Shown: positions 10,281-20,079 of the stretch, one piece after another | How positions within the stretch are numbered: the stretch's first letter is position 1 | How the letters are laid out: each line of letters starts with the position of its first letter | NCBI GenBank assembly: GCA_963921275.4 | Contig: OZ001293.3 | Coordinates: 512,001 to 576,000, forward strand | Source of the DNA: an uncultured Hormoscilla sp. | GTDB taxonomy: Bacteria > Cyanobacteriota > Cyanobacteriia > Cyanobacteriales > Desertifilaceae | DNA length: 64,000 nucleotides | Direction of reading: 5' to 3' | Position numbers and translations under genes: made by a program | The notes under the pieces: generated by a model | Told to the model about the DNA's origin: nothing | Databases searched by the model: none | Seen by the model: the letters and a program-made list of their open reading frames with translations, nothing else

Positions 10281-11214
10281 ATGAAAATTAATTTTATTAA
10301 TTTAAAACATTATTTTACCTTAAAAAAATCTTTGGTTCCGAGCAAAGCAAGGAAATTCTCATCAGCTTCTTAAATGCTATGCTCTATGAGGATAAAGAGA
10401 CAATTTCTGATTTGACCATCATTAACCCCTATCAGGCTCCCCGACTGCGGGGACTCAAAGATACTTACTTAGATGTCAAAGCTCAGTTGGTCGATAACAA
10501 GACAGTGATTATCGAGATGCAGGTGTTAAATTTGGAAGGTTTTGAGAAGCAGATTTTGTACAATGCGGCTAAAGCTTATTCCATTCAACTAGATGCCAGA
10601 GAAGATTATACCCTGTTAAATCCAGTAATTGCTTTGACGATTACGGACTTTAACATGTTTGCGTAATTCTCAAAAGTCACTTCCAAATTTGTCTTGAAAG
10701 AAAAGTAATTTCTGAGCGATTACCCTGTTGATGATATTGAGTTGGTGTTTGTGGAATTGCCTAAGTTTAACAAAGAATTGGAGAACTTGGAGACCACAGC
10801 AGATAATGGCTTTATTTTCTCAAGACTGCCAGGAAATTATAGACAGTACCCGAGACAATGTCCTCAGTTCCGGAAATAAAGAAAGCCTTTGAAATTGCGA
10901 ATATCGCCAATATGAATGCCTCAGAATTGGAAGATTTGGAAAAACGGGAAATCTATATCCACGACCAGCGAAATGCGCTCAAAAAGGCAGAAAAAAAGGC
11001 CAAAAAAGAAGGTCGCGAAATTGGACTCAAGGAAGGTAAAGAAATTGGGATGAAAGAAGGTCGCGAAATTGGGATCCAAGAAGGCCAAGAAATTGGGATG
11101 AAAACATCTCAAGAGGAAATCGCTAAGCGGCTACTTGATGTTTTAGATGAAGAAACGATTAGTCTGACTACAGGACTCAGCCTTGAGGATGTGCAAAAGT
11201 TGAAACTAGATTAA
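10281..11214 (+). pseudogene. Rpn/PD-(D/E)XK nuclease family, copy 1 (frameshifts and stops)
   Basis: Aligns to 11348-12259 with TAA at 10664 and 10706 plus indels. Confidence 0.85.
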
Positions 11215-11347
11215 TTTTCACGCTCGCCGCGATCTATTCTTAAATGTACAAACCAGGTTTTTCTCAAAATATGGTTTGTACATGATTATCAATCAAGAAT
11301 ATGTTATACTAGGAAAATAAGAGTCAAATGGAGGGATAGTTAAGTTA

Positions 11348-12259
11348 ATGAAGATTAGTTTCATTAATCCTAAGACAGATTTTGCCTTTAAGAAAATCTT
11401 TGGTTCCGAGCAAAGCAAGGAAATTCTCATCAGCTTCTTAAATGCTATGCTCTATGAGGGAAAAGATATAATTTCTGATTTAACCATCATTAACCCCTAT
11501 CAAGCTCCCCGACTGCGCGGACTCAAAGATACTTACTTAGATGTCAAAGCTCAGTTGGTCGATAACAAGACAGTGATTATCGAGATGCAGGTGTTAAATT
11601 TGGAGGGTTTTGAGAAGCGGATTTTGTACAATGCGGCTAAAGCTTATTCCATTCAACTAGATGCCGGAGAATATTATACCCTGTTAAATCCGGTAATTGC
11701 TTTAACTATTACGGACTTTAACATGTTTACAGAATTCTCAAAAGTCACTTCCAAATTTGTCTTGAAAGAAAAGGAATTCCTGAGCGATTACCCTGTTGAT
11801 GATATTGAGTTGGTGTTTGTGGAATTGCCCAAGTTTAACAAAGAATTGGAAAACTTGGAGACCATAGCAGATAAATGGCTTTATTTTCTCAAGACTGCCA
11901 GGAAATTAGAGACAGTACCCGAGACAATGTTCTCAGTTCCGGAAATCAAAAAAGCCTTTGAAATTGCGAATATCGCCAATATGAGTCCCTCAGAATTGGA
12001 AGATTTGGAAAAACGGGAAATCTATATCCACGACCAGCGGAATGCGATCAAAAAGGCGGAAAAAAAGGCCCAAAAAGAAGGTCGCGAAATTGGACTCAAG
12101 GAAGGTCGCGAAATTGGGATCGAAGAAGGCAAAGAAATTGGCATGAAAACATCTCAAGTGGAAATCGCTAAACGGCTGCTTGATGTTTTAGATGAAGAAA
12201 CGATTAGTTTGACTACAGGACTCAGCCTTGAGGATGTGCAAAAGTTGAAACTAGATTAA
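11348..12259 (+). CDS. Rpn family recombination-promoting nuclease/putative transposase (PDDEXK_2), copy 2
   Basis: INPKTDFAFKKIFG, LDVKA, IIEMQ, FVELPKF and C-terminal EG.E.G repeats. Confidence 0.9.
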   Translation: MKISFINPKTDFAFKKIFGSEQSKEILISFLNAMLYEGKDIISDLTIINPYQAPRLRGLKDTYLDVKAQLVDNKTVIIEMQVLNLEGFEKRILYNAAKAYSIQLDAGEYYTLLNPVIALTITDFNMFTEFSKVTSKFVLKEKEFLSDYPVDDIELVFVELPKFNKELENLETIADKWLYFLKTARKLETVPETMFSVPEIKKAFEIANIANMSPSELEDLEKREIYIHDQRNAIKKAEKKAQKEGREIGLKEGREIGIEEGKEIGMKTSQVEIAKRLLDVLDEETISLTTGLSLEDVQKLKLD

Positions 12260-12520
12260 TTTTCACGCTACGCTCGCCGCGATCTATTCTTAAATGTACA
12301 AACCAGGTTTTTCTCAAAATATGGTTTGTACATGATTATCAATCAAGAATATGTTATACTAGGAAAATAAGAGTCAAATGGAGGGATAGTTAATGAAGAT
12401 TAGTTTCATTAATCCTAAGACAGATTTTGCCTTTAAGAAAATCTTTGGTTCCGAGCAAAGCAAGGAAATTCTCATCAGCTTCTTAAATGCTATGCTCTAT
12501 GAGGGAGAAGATACAATTTC

Positions 12521-13458
12521 ATTAGGGGTCGAGCTGAGAATCACTTCTCAACCCTCCCGTATGGCTGCGCCACGCTGCGCGAACGGAACCGTGCATGCGA
12601 CTTTCACCGCACACGGCTACTGGGTATCAGGCCCAAATCATGGGTAGAATTACTAAGGATTACTCCCGTTGTCCCTTGCTACTTACACGTTTGCCCCTTG
12701 ATATTCATTCCTCATCCACAATATGGACGGGCCTATGACGTCTTAAGGCTACTTGCATCAGTAGTTTCCTAATATCACCGACCCGCGTCTGCGTATCCGT
12801 GGGCATTACTCGGCGTCTTCCGCATGCTCTTGTCCTGAAGGACACGGCTGGCGCTCCCGCAAGGGATACGGCATGCTCCAGACACCTTCGACGTCTGGAG
12901 CATGCTCTTGTCCTGAAGGACGCGGCATGCTCCAGACGTCGCCCAGGCATTAGCTTCTCGGGCCATCTCTCCCATACGTGGCTTGCGCTATGCGCTGCGC
13001 GCACGCTACGCGGACGCACATCTGACTGGTCCTGACGGACAGCACACGTAGGGTTACTTCGTTCCCCGGTATCATTTCACGATGTCTTTAGGCCTCACTT
13101 TACCCCGGCAGTTCTTTGAGTACGATATTGGCCCAAAATCAAAGAGCCAATACTAACTACTTCCCCTTTTGGGCCAGCGCTTAAAGCCTTATTTCGCTGG
13201 TTGATGGTTACGAGGCTTACATGAGTTTGCTTGTTCTGGCCATATACATCTTTCCTAGCGGAGTTGCCGGCTTAGGCTACCAGCTATCCTACATTTGAGT
13301 CCTCGCTTAACACCACGGCGATGTGGCTCCGCCGCATTGAGGACCGGTGTCACCCCCGCACTTGAGGGAGGGGAATTTAACAATAATGAGTACCAGAGTT
13401 TCTAGTTTCCTAGACTAGCGTTCCGTGTTTGACTACGTTAGGCTAGAACGAATCGCAC
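12521..13458 (-). ncRNA. ORF-less group II intron with internal micro-insertions
   Basis: Minus-strand 5' end GTGCGATTCGTTC; domain V AGCCGTGTGCGGTGAAAGTCGCATGCACGGTTC; 3' end TCGACCCCTAAT. Confidence 0.9.
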
Positions 13459-14114
13459 ATTAGGGGTCGAGCTGAGAATCACTTCTCAACCCTCCCGTAT
13501 GGCTGCGCCACGCTGCGCGAACGGAACCGTGCATGCGACTTTCACCGCACACGGCTACTGGGTATCAGGCCCAAATCATGGGTAGAATTACTAAGGATTA
13601 CTCCCGTTGTCCCTTGCTACTTACACGTTTGCCCCTTGATATTCATTCCTCATCCACAATATGGACGGGCTTATGACGTCTTAAGGCTACTTGCATCAGT
13701 AGTTTCCTAATATCACCGTTCCCCGGTATCATTTCACGATGTCTTTAGGCCCTCACTTTACCCCGGCAGTTCTTTGAGTACGATATTGGCCCAAAATCAA
13801 AGAGCCAATACTAACTACTTCCCCTTTTGGGCCAGCGCTTAAAGCCTTATTTCGCTGGTTGATGGTTACGAGGCTTACACGAGTTTGCTTGTTCTGGCCA
13901 TATACATCTTTCCTAGCGGAGTTGCCGGCTTAGGCTACCAGCTATCCTACATTTGAGTCCTCGCTTAACACCACGGCGATGTGGCTCCGCCGCATTGAGG
14001 ACCGGTGTCACCCGCACTTGAGGGAGGGGAATTTAACAATAATGAGTACCAGAGTTTCTAGTTTCCTAGACTAGCGTTCCGTGTTTGACTACGTTAGGCT
14101 AGAACGAATCGCAC
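13459..14114 (-). ncRNA. ORF-less group II intron, tandem copy with DII-DIII deleted
   Basis: Near-identical to 12521-13458 but lacks the segment equivalent to ~12781-13061; EBS1 UGAUUU matches its 5' exon AAATCA. Confidence 0.88.
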
Positions 14115-14989
14115 TGATTTAACCATCATTAACCCTATCAAGCTCCCCGACTGCGCGGACTCAAAGATACTTACTTAGATGTCAAAGCTCAGTTGGTCGA
14201 TAACAAGATAGTAATTATTGAGATGCAGGTGTTGAATTTGGAGGGTTTTGAGAAGCGGATTTTGTACAATGCGGCTAAAGCTTATTCTATTCAACTCGAT
14301 GCTGGAGAAGATTATACACTGCTGAATCCAGTAATTGCTTTGACGATTACGGACTTTAACATGTTTGCGGAATTCACAAAAGTCACTTCCAAGTTTGTCT
14401 TGAAAGAAAAGGAATTCCTGAGCGATTACCCTGTTGATGATATTGAGTTGGTGTTTGTAGAATTGCCCAAGTTTAACAAAGAATTGGAAAACTTGGAGAC
14501 CATAGCAGATAAATGGCTTTATTTTCTCAAGACTGCCAGGAAATTAGAGACAGTACCCGAGACAATGTCGTCAATTCCGGAAATCAAAAAAGCCTTTGAG
14601 ATTGCGAATATAGCCAACATGAGTCTTTCAGAGTTGGAAGATTTGAAAAAACGAGAAATCTATATCCACGACCAGCGAAATGCGATCAAAAAGGCAAAAA
14701 AAGAAGGTCGAGAAATTGGGATCGAAGAAGGCAAAGAAATTGGCATGAAAACATCTCAAGTGGAAATCGCTAAACGGCTGCTTGATGTTTTAGATGAAGA
14801 AACGATTAGTTTGACTACAGGACTCAGCCTTGAGGATGTGCAAAAGTTGAAACTAGATTAATTTTCACGCTCGCCGCGATCTATTCTTAAATGTACAAAC
14901 CAGGTTTTTCTCAAAATATGGTTTGTACATGATTATCAATCAAGAATATGTTATACTAGGAAAATAAGAGTCAAATGGAGGGATAGTTA

Positions 14990-15865
14990 ATGAAGATTAG
15001 TTTCATTAATCCTAAGACAGATTTTGCCTTTAAGAAAATCTTTAATTCCGAGCAAAGCAAGGAAATTCTCATCAGCTTCTTAAATGCTATGCTCTATGAG
15101 GGAGAAGATACAATTTCTGATTTAACCATCATTAACCCCTATCAAGCTCCCCGACTGCGCGGACTCAAAGATACTTACTTAGATGTCAAAGCTCAGTTGG
15201 TCGATAACAAGACAGTAATTATTGAGATGCAGGTGTTGAATTTGGAGGGTTTTGAGAAGCGGATTTTGTACAATGCGGCTAAAGCTTATTCTATTCAACT
15301 CGATGCTGGAGAAGATTATACACTGCTGAATCCAGTAATTGCTTTGACGATTACGGACTTTAACATGTTTGCGGAATTCACAAAAGTCACTTCCAAGTTT
15401 GTCTTGAAAGAAAAGGAATTCCTGAGCGATTACCCTGTTGATGATATTGAGTTGGTGTTTGTAGAATTGCCCAAGTTTAACAAAGAATTGGAAAACTTAA
15501 AGACCATAGCAGATAAATGGCTTTATTTTCTCAAGACTGCCAGGAAATTAGAGACAGTACCCGAGACAATGTCGTCAATTCCGGAAATCAAAAAAGCCTT
15601 TGAGATTGCGAATATAGCCAACATGAGTCCCTCAGAGTTGGAAGATTTGGAAAAACGAGAAATCTATATCCACGACCAGCGAAATGCGATCAAAAAGGCA
15701 AAAAAAGAAGGTCGAGAAATTGGGATCGAAGAAGGCAAAGAAATTGGCATGAAAACATCTCAAGTGGAAATCGCTAAACGGCTGCTTGATGTTTTAGATG
15801 AAGAAACGATTAGTCTGACTACAGGACTCAGCCTTGAGGATGTGCAAAAGTTGAAACTAGATTAA
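14990..15865 (+). CDS. Rpn family nuclease, copy 4
   Basis: Near-identical to copy 2 with fewer C-terminal tetrad repeats. Confidence 0.9.
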   Translation: MKISFINPKTDFAFKKIFNSEQSKEILISFLNAMLYEGEDTISDLTIINPYQAPRLRGLKDTYLDVKAQLVDNKTVIIEMQVLNLEGFEKRILYNAAKAYSIQLDAGEDYTLLNPVIALTITDFNMFAEFTKVTSKFVLKEKEFLSDYPVDDIELVFVELPKFNKELENLKTIADKWLYFLKTARKLETVPETMSSIPEIKKAFEIANIANMSPSELEDLEKREIYIHDQRNAIKKAKKEGREIGIEEGKEIGMKTSQVEIAKRLLDVLDEETISLTTGLSLEDVQKLKLD

Positions 15866-15923
15866 TTTTCACGCTCGCCCCGATCGTTTCCTGGTGAGGT
15901 TGGGTTAATGCACGAAACCCAAC

Positions 15924-16109
15924 CTACAGATCGCCTCCCGACCTTGCCTCTATTAGCTTTCGCGCCACATCCCGGGCTATTGACAAGGTTTCAGTAATGG
16001 TTCTTCCCTGTGCGACCAACCCTTGCAGATCCTCAGAGGTTGCCAGATAAACTCCTTCTGGTAGTTTTTCGATCTGGATATTCAGCAATCTTTCCATGTA
16101 GTTTTTCAT
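15924..16109 (-). CDS. HicB-like/DUF1902 antitoxin-type small protein
   Basis: YLATSEDLQGLVAQGRTITE motif; no partner toxin gene seen. Confidence 0.65.
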   Translation of the reverse strand: MKNYMERLLNIQIEKLPEGVYLATSEDLQGLVAQGRTITETLSIARDVARKLIEARSGGDL

Positions 16110-16137
16110 CTCTTACCCTCTCGTTACCCTCTCATCC

Positions 16138-16370
16138 TCTCGTTCCCAGGTTCTACCTGGGAATGATTATCTGGAGGCTCCCGCCTCCAATAAGCGCATC
16201 TGTGCTGATTGAAGTATCTCATGTCTTTAATCAAAATAGCCCGATCGCACCTGGAGGCTGAGCCTCGGGTTTGCGTTCCCAGGCCGAGCCCGGGAACGAG
16301 TTAATTAGTGCGATCGCACCTGGAGGCTGAGCCTCGGGTTTGCGTTCCCAGGCCGAGCCCGGGAACGAGT
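16138..16370. repeat. REP-like palindromes (GTTCCCAGG...CCYGGGAAC), two tandem ~60-bp units
   Basis: Direct repeat 16242-16301 / 16311-16370; related palindrome near 28613. Confidence 0.65.
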
Positions 16371-16696
16371 AATTTTGACAGATGATATTAGCTTGATGCG
16401 GTTTTGTTTCTTTTTTACAATTTTTTTAGTCGGTTTTAATCGACTTTAGCTATTAGCCGGGGGTTTGCAACTCCCGGCGGGCCGGCGAAGAGACAGAATT
16501 ATTGAATTTTTTTATTCTGTTATTTCCGCCGCGATCGCCTTACCAATTTCCAGAGAAGAAGTCGCCGCAGGGGAAGGGGCATTGCAAACATGGATAGCAT
16601 TTTGGCCCCGGACAATGAGAAAATCCTTCACCAGGGAACCATCGTTCTTTAATGCTTGGGCGCGGACACCCGCCTCAGAGGGAACCAAGTCTGCTG

Positions 16697-18991
16697 GGGT
16701 ACATCTCAGTTAGGCGATAAGTAATTATACTTAGTGCTTGTCTCCCTCAAAACGGTACATAATTTAGGCACTGTTGACCACCCTTGACCCATGAACTCCC
16801 AAAAGCAGGCTGAACTCCAGCAACATCTTGACGCGATTGCCGCGATTCTCTACCAGGAAGCCGACCCCACTGAACTCACCACCCTTGAAGGCATTGAGAA
16901 AAACGTTCGTGCGCTTGCCCAAGAACACGTCTGGCCTCAACTAGGAATTTTTTTATCAACACGGCGACTTCCCGCCGCACCGGAAAACAGCGCACCCTGA
17001 CCAGTATCCTGGGCAAACTAACCCTCACCACTGCTCAAGCCCAACAACTGCAAGTTAAACCGGGAACTCGTTGGAGTCCGTATGTGGAAAAATGTTGTTG
17101 GGTCGTCAGTGCCAATGCCTCTTACCAGAGAGCCGATTTTTCGGGCCGTCCGCGGACCATACAAGATCTCGCGATGCTGACTGGGGTGAGCATCTCCCAC
17201 AGTACGCTCCAACGCTTTGTTCAACGAGAGGACTGGTCTGAGGTAGTGCGATTCGTTCCGGCATAAGCCAGTAGGTGAAAGTCGGGTCTGGCTCTATCAG
17301 CCAGATAACTCTGGTTATCATGGGGGTTAAATTCCCCTTCCCCAGGTACGGGGGTCGAGGGTACTACCGGTCGGAGGTGCTGCGGAGTCACATCACCGTG
17401 GTGTGGAGCGAGGACTTAAATGTAGGATAACTGGCAGCCTAAGCCGGTGACGCCGCTAGGAAAGATGTTAATGGTTAGAACAAGCGAACCTATGTAAACC
17501 TCGTTAACCAGAACCAGCGGAAGAAGGCTTATGCGCTTGCCCAAAAAGGGAAATGGTAGTTAGTATTAGCTCTTGCCTCTGGCTAATAACGTACTCAAAG
17601 AACTCTCGGGGTATAGTAGGAACCTAAAAGCATCGCGAAATGATACCAGGGAACGGAGTAACCTCTCGTGAGCTGTCCCCATTTGGACAAGTTAGATGTA
17701 AAGCGCAAGCCACGAAGAGGAAGGATGTCCTAAGAAGCCAACGCCCGGGGTAATGCTTGTGGATATGCAGACGTAGGACGGATATGGTAAGACACCCTTG
17801 GGAAAAGTAACCTTAATGTCACAGAACTAGGAAGAAATTCCAAAAGTACGAATCTTGGATTCAAATCTTAGCCAGGTAAAGTTCAGAGCCCCTACGAAAA
17901 GCGGAAAGCAGAATGGGGAAGATGTTAGTAAAGAGCGGCGAGTATGGTTTGCTGAACTATCCTCCGCGAACCTTCCGGAGCTAAGTACTTAAACGGTCCA
18001 ATAGGATTGACCATAAGGGGTAAAATTTCAAAGGGTAAGGGACAACGGGGGTAACCCCCAGTAATCCTACTGATGACAGCAGCTTACCAACCAGTAGCCG
18101 TGTGCGGTAAAAGTCGCTCTTCAGGTTTCGCTCTTGGAGGGTTGGTACGTGAGTACCAGCTCGACCCCGACCAAGATAGCTGAACCGATTCAGGAGCTCA
18201 GCTTGGATGGCGGCATGATTCGCCTTCGTACCGATTTTTCGGGCCGTCCGCGGACCGTGGAGGGTCAACCTGGTGAGTGGCGAGAATACAAAGCCTTAAA
18301 TGTCCATGAGCAAGGCAGTGTGGCTTTCTTCAAGGATAATCAAGGGCTGCTTGAGTGGGTGAATGCCCAGCCCCTAGGGGCGCAGTTCACCGGTCTCGGA
18401 GATGGTCATGATGGGGTGTGGAACATTTTCAGTGGTATCGGGACACCAGAACAACGTATCGAAGTGCTCGATTGGTATCACCTAATGGAAAATGCCAATA
18501 AGGTGCAAGGGACACCGGCTCAATCCGATTTTTCGGGCCGTCCGCGGACCGTGCAGATCCGATTTTTCGGGCCGTCCGCGGACCGTGCACTCCTGTGGCG
18601 AGGGGAGACCCAGAGGGCGATTAGTTATCTGCGCCAACAGCAATGTCGGGGAGCCACAGGGTTGATCAACTACTTGAAGCACCATCAGACGCGCATCATT
18701 GACTACCAGGCTAGCCCTCCTGGCGTCGGGCCGCTGCGCGAACGGGCAGGCAGCTCGGCACTCGATTGGCTCTGGTCGGGTTGAGTCCCTGGTGAAACAA
18801 ATTGGGTTAAGGGTGAAATTACCGGGGGCACAATGGCGAGCCGAGAATGTGCCGATTTTTCGGGCCGTCCGCGGACCGTAGGTGTTGAAGCATCGCTGTG
18901 CCTACCTGAATGGCGCATTAGTTGCCTAATCAGACTCAGTAAATCCACTTTTGCTGAGTAAATATACTCATCGCCTAACTGAGATGCACCC
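16697..18991 (+). mobile_element. ISKra4-family IS (degenerate) carrying a group II intron and micro-insertions
   Basis: TIR GGGTRCATCTCAGTTAGGCGAT at both ends; 8-bp TSD GTCTGCTG; transposase motifs LDGG.IRLRT, GDGHDGVWN, LDWYHL.EN, IGSG.VES. Confidence 0.9.
17246..18172 (+). ncRNA. ORF-less group II intron in the ISKra4 transposase gene
   Basis: GTGCGATTCGTTC start; domain V near 18096; EBS1 UGCCUC (17574-79) pairs with exon GAGGTA; removal through 18172 restores EV|KIAEPIQE. Confidence 0.9.
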
Positions 18992-20079
18992 GTCTGCTGC
19001 TTGCACTTCGGGAATCAACTTTTGCAAGCTGCGCACAAACGCTGCTTTACTCGCAGAACGAATCATTTCTTTAATTCCTTCTGCGGCGTACTTGCTTGTC
19101 AATTTCCAAAAGCCAGGGTATGTTATTACCTCCGCCAAGTCTCTGGGATCGAAATCTGTCTTTTTATAACCTTCCCGCTTCAGACTCAGAACTGCATTTG
19201 GTCCCGCGTGGATGCTACCATCGATCATTCTGGTAAAATGGACCCCCAGAAAGGGAAAGTCCGGATGGGGTACCGGATAAATTAAACCCTTGACTAGATC
19301 CCGTTTCTCTGGTATCAGTTCGTAATACTCTCCCCGAAAGGGCACGATCTTCGCCTCCGGGTCAACTTTACCTAATTTTGCCACCCGATCGCTATACAAA
19401 CCGGCGCAGTTAACGATCCAGCGAGTCGGAAAACTCCCCCGATTAGTTTCTAGCACTTGCGTGCTGCCTTTGTCAAGGATTTTCTCCACCTTAGTATTCA
19501 GACAAAGTTCCGCACCTTGTTCCTTGGCTATTTCCGCATATTTTTGACAAACTTGTCCATAGTCAACTATGCCCGCAGTTGGCACTTGGATCCCTGCTAT
19601 ACAGCTAACATGGGGTTCGATCGCCCTCACCTCGTCGCCGCTAATTTTGGTCACCGAGAGGCCATTTGCCAAACCCCGCTGATAGATATTTTCCAGGCGG
19701 ATCAGTTCCGACTCTTCTGTCGCCACAATTACCTTACCGCAAATCTCATGGGCAATGCCATGGTGCTGACAGAATTCTACCATCGATCGATTGCCGTCGC
19801 CGCAAAACTTAGCCTTAAAACTCCCCGGTTGATAATATATCCCAGAATGGATCACCCCGCTATTGTGACCGGTCTGGTGAACGGCCAGACTGGATTCCTT
19901 TTCTAACAATAGAATTTTAGCATGAGGATAGTGCTGACCCAATGCCATTGTCGCCGATAATCCGACTATGCCGCCACCGATAATAGCCAAATCGTACATC
20001 ATATCATATCCGTTTGAGCGACCACATCAAAAAGGGATCCGGGGGATCGGAAAGTATGTGCAATTACCCGAATTTGATA

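Larger units (their letters stand above)
12393..14861 (+). pseudogene. Rpn family copy 3, split by an antisense group II intron dimer
   Basis: ATACAATTTC|TGATTTAACC rejoins exactly as in copy 4; additional 1-nt deletion near 14133. Confidence 0.9.
16512..20002 (-). pseudogene. lhgO: L-2-hydroxyglutarate oxidase interrupted by an ISKra4-family element
   Basis: GGGIVG, HQTGHNSGVIHSG, FLGVHFT; C-terminus AGVRAQA...[14 protein letters not shown] resumes at 16696-16512. Confidence 0.9.

Noticed and set aside
12705..13035. Short ORFs within introns (also 17981-18268, 55329-55717, 56565-57060) as intron-encoded proteins
   Set aside because: No RT or maturase motifs such as YADD; they arise from GC-rich structured RNA and micro-insertions.
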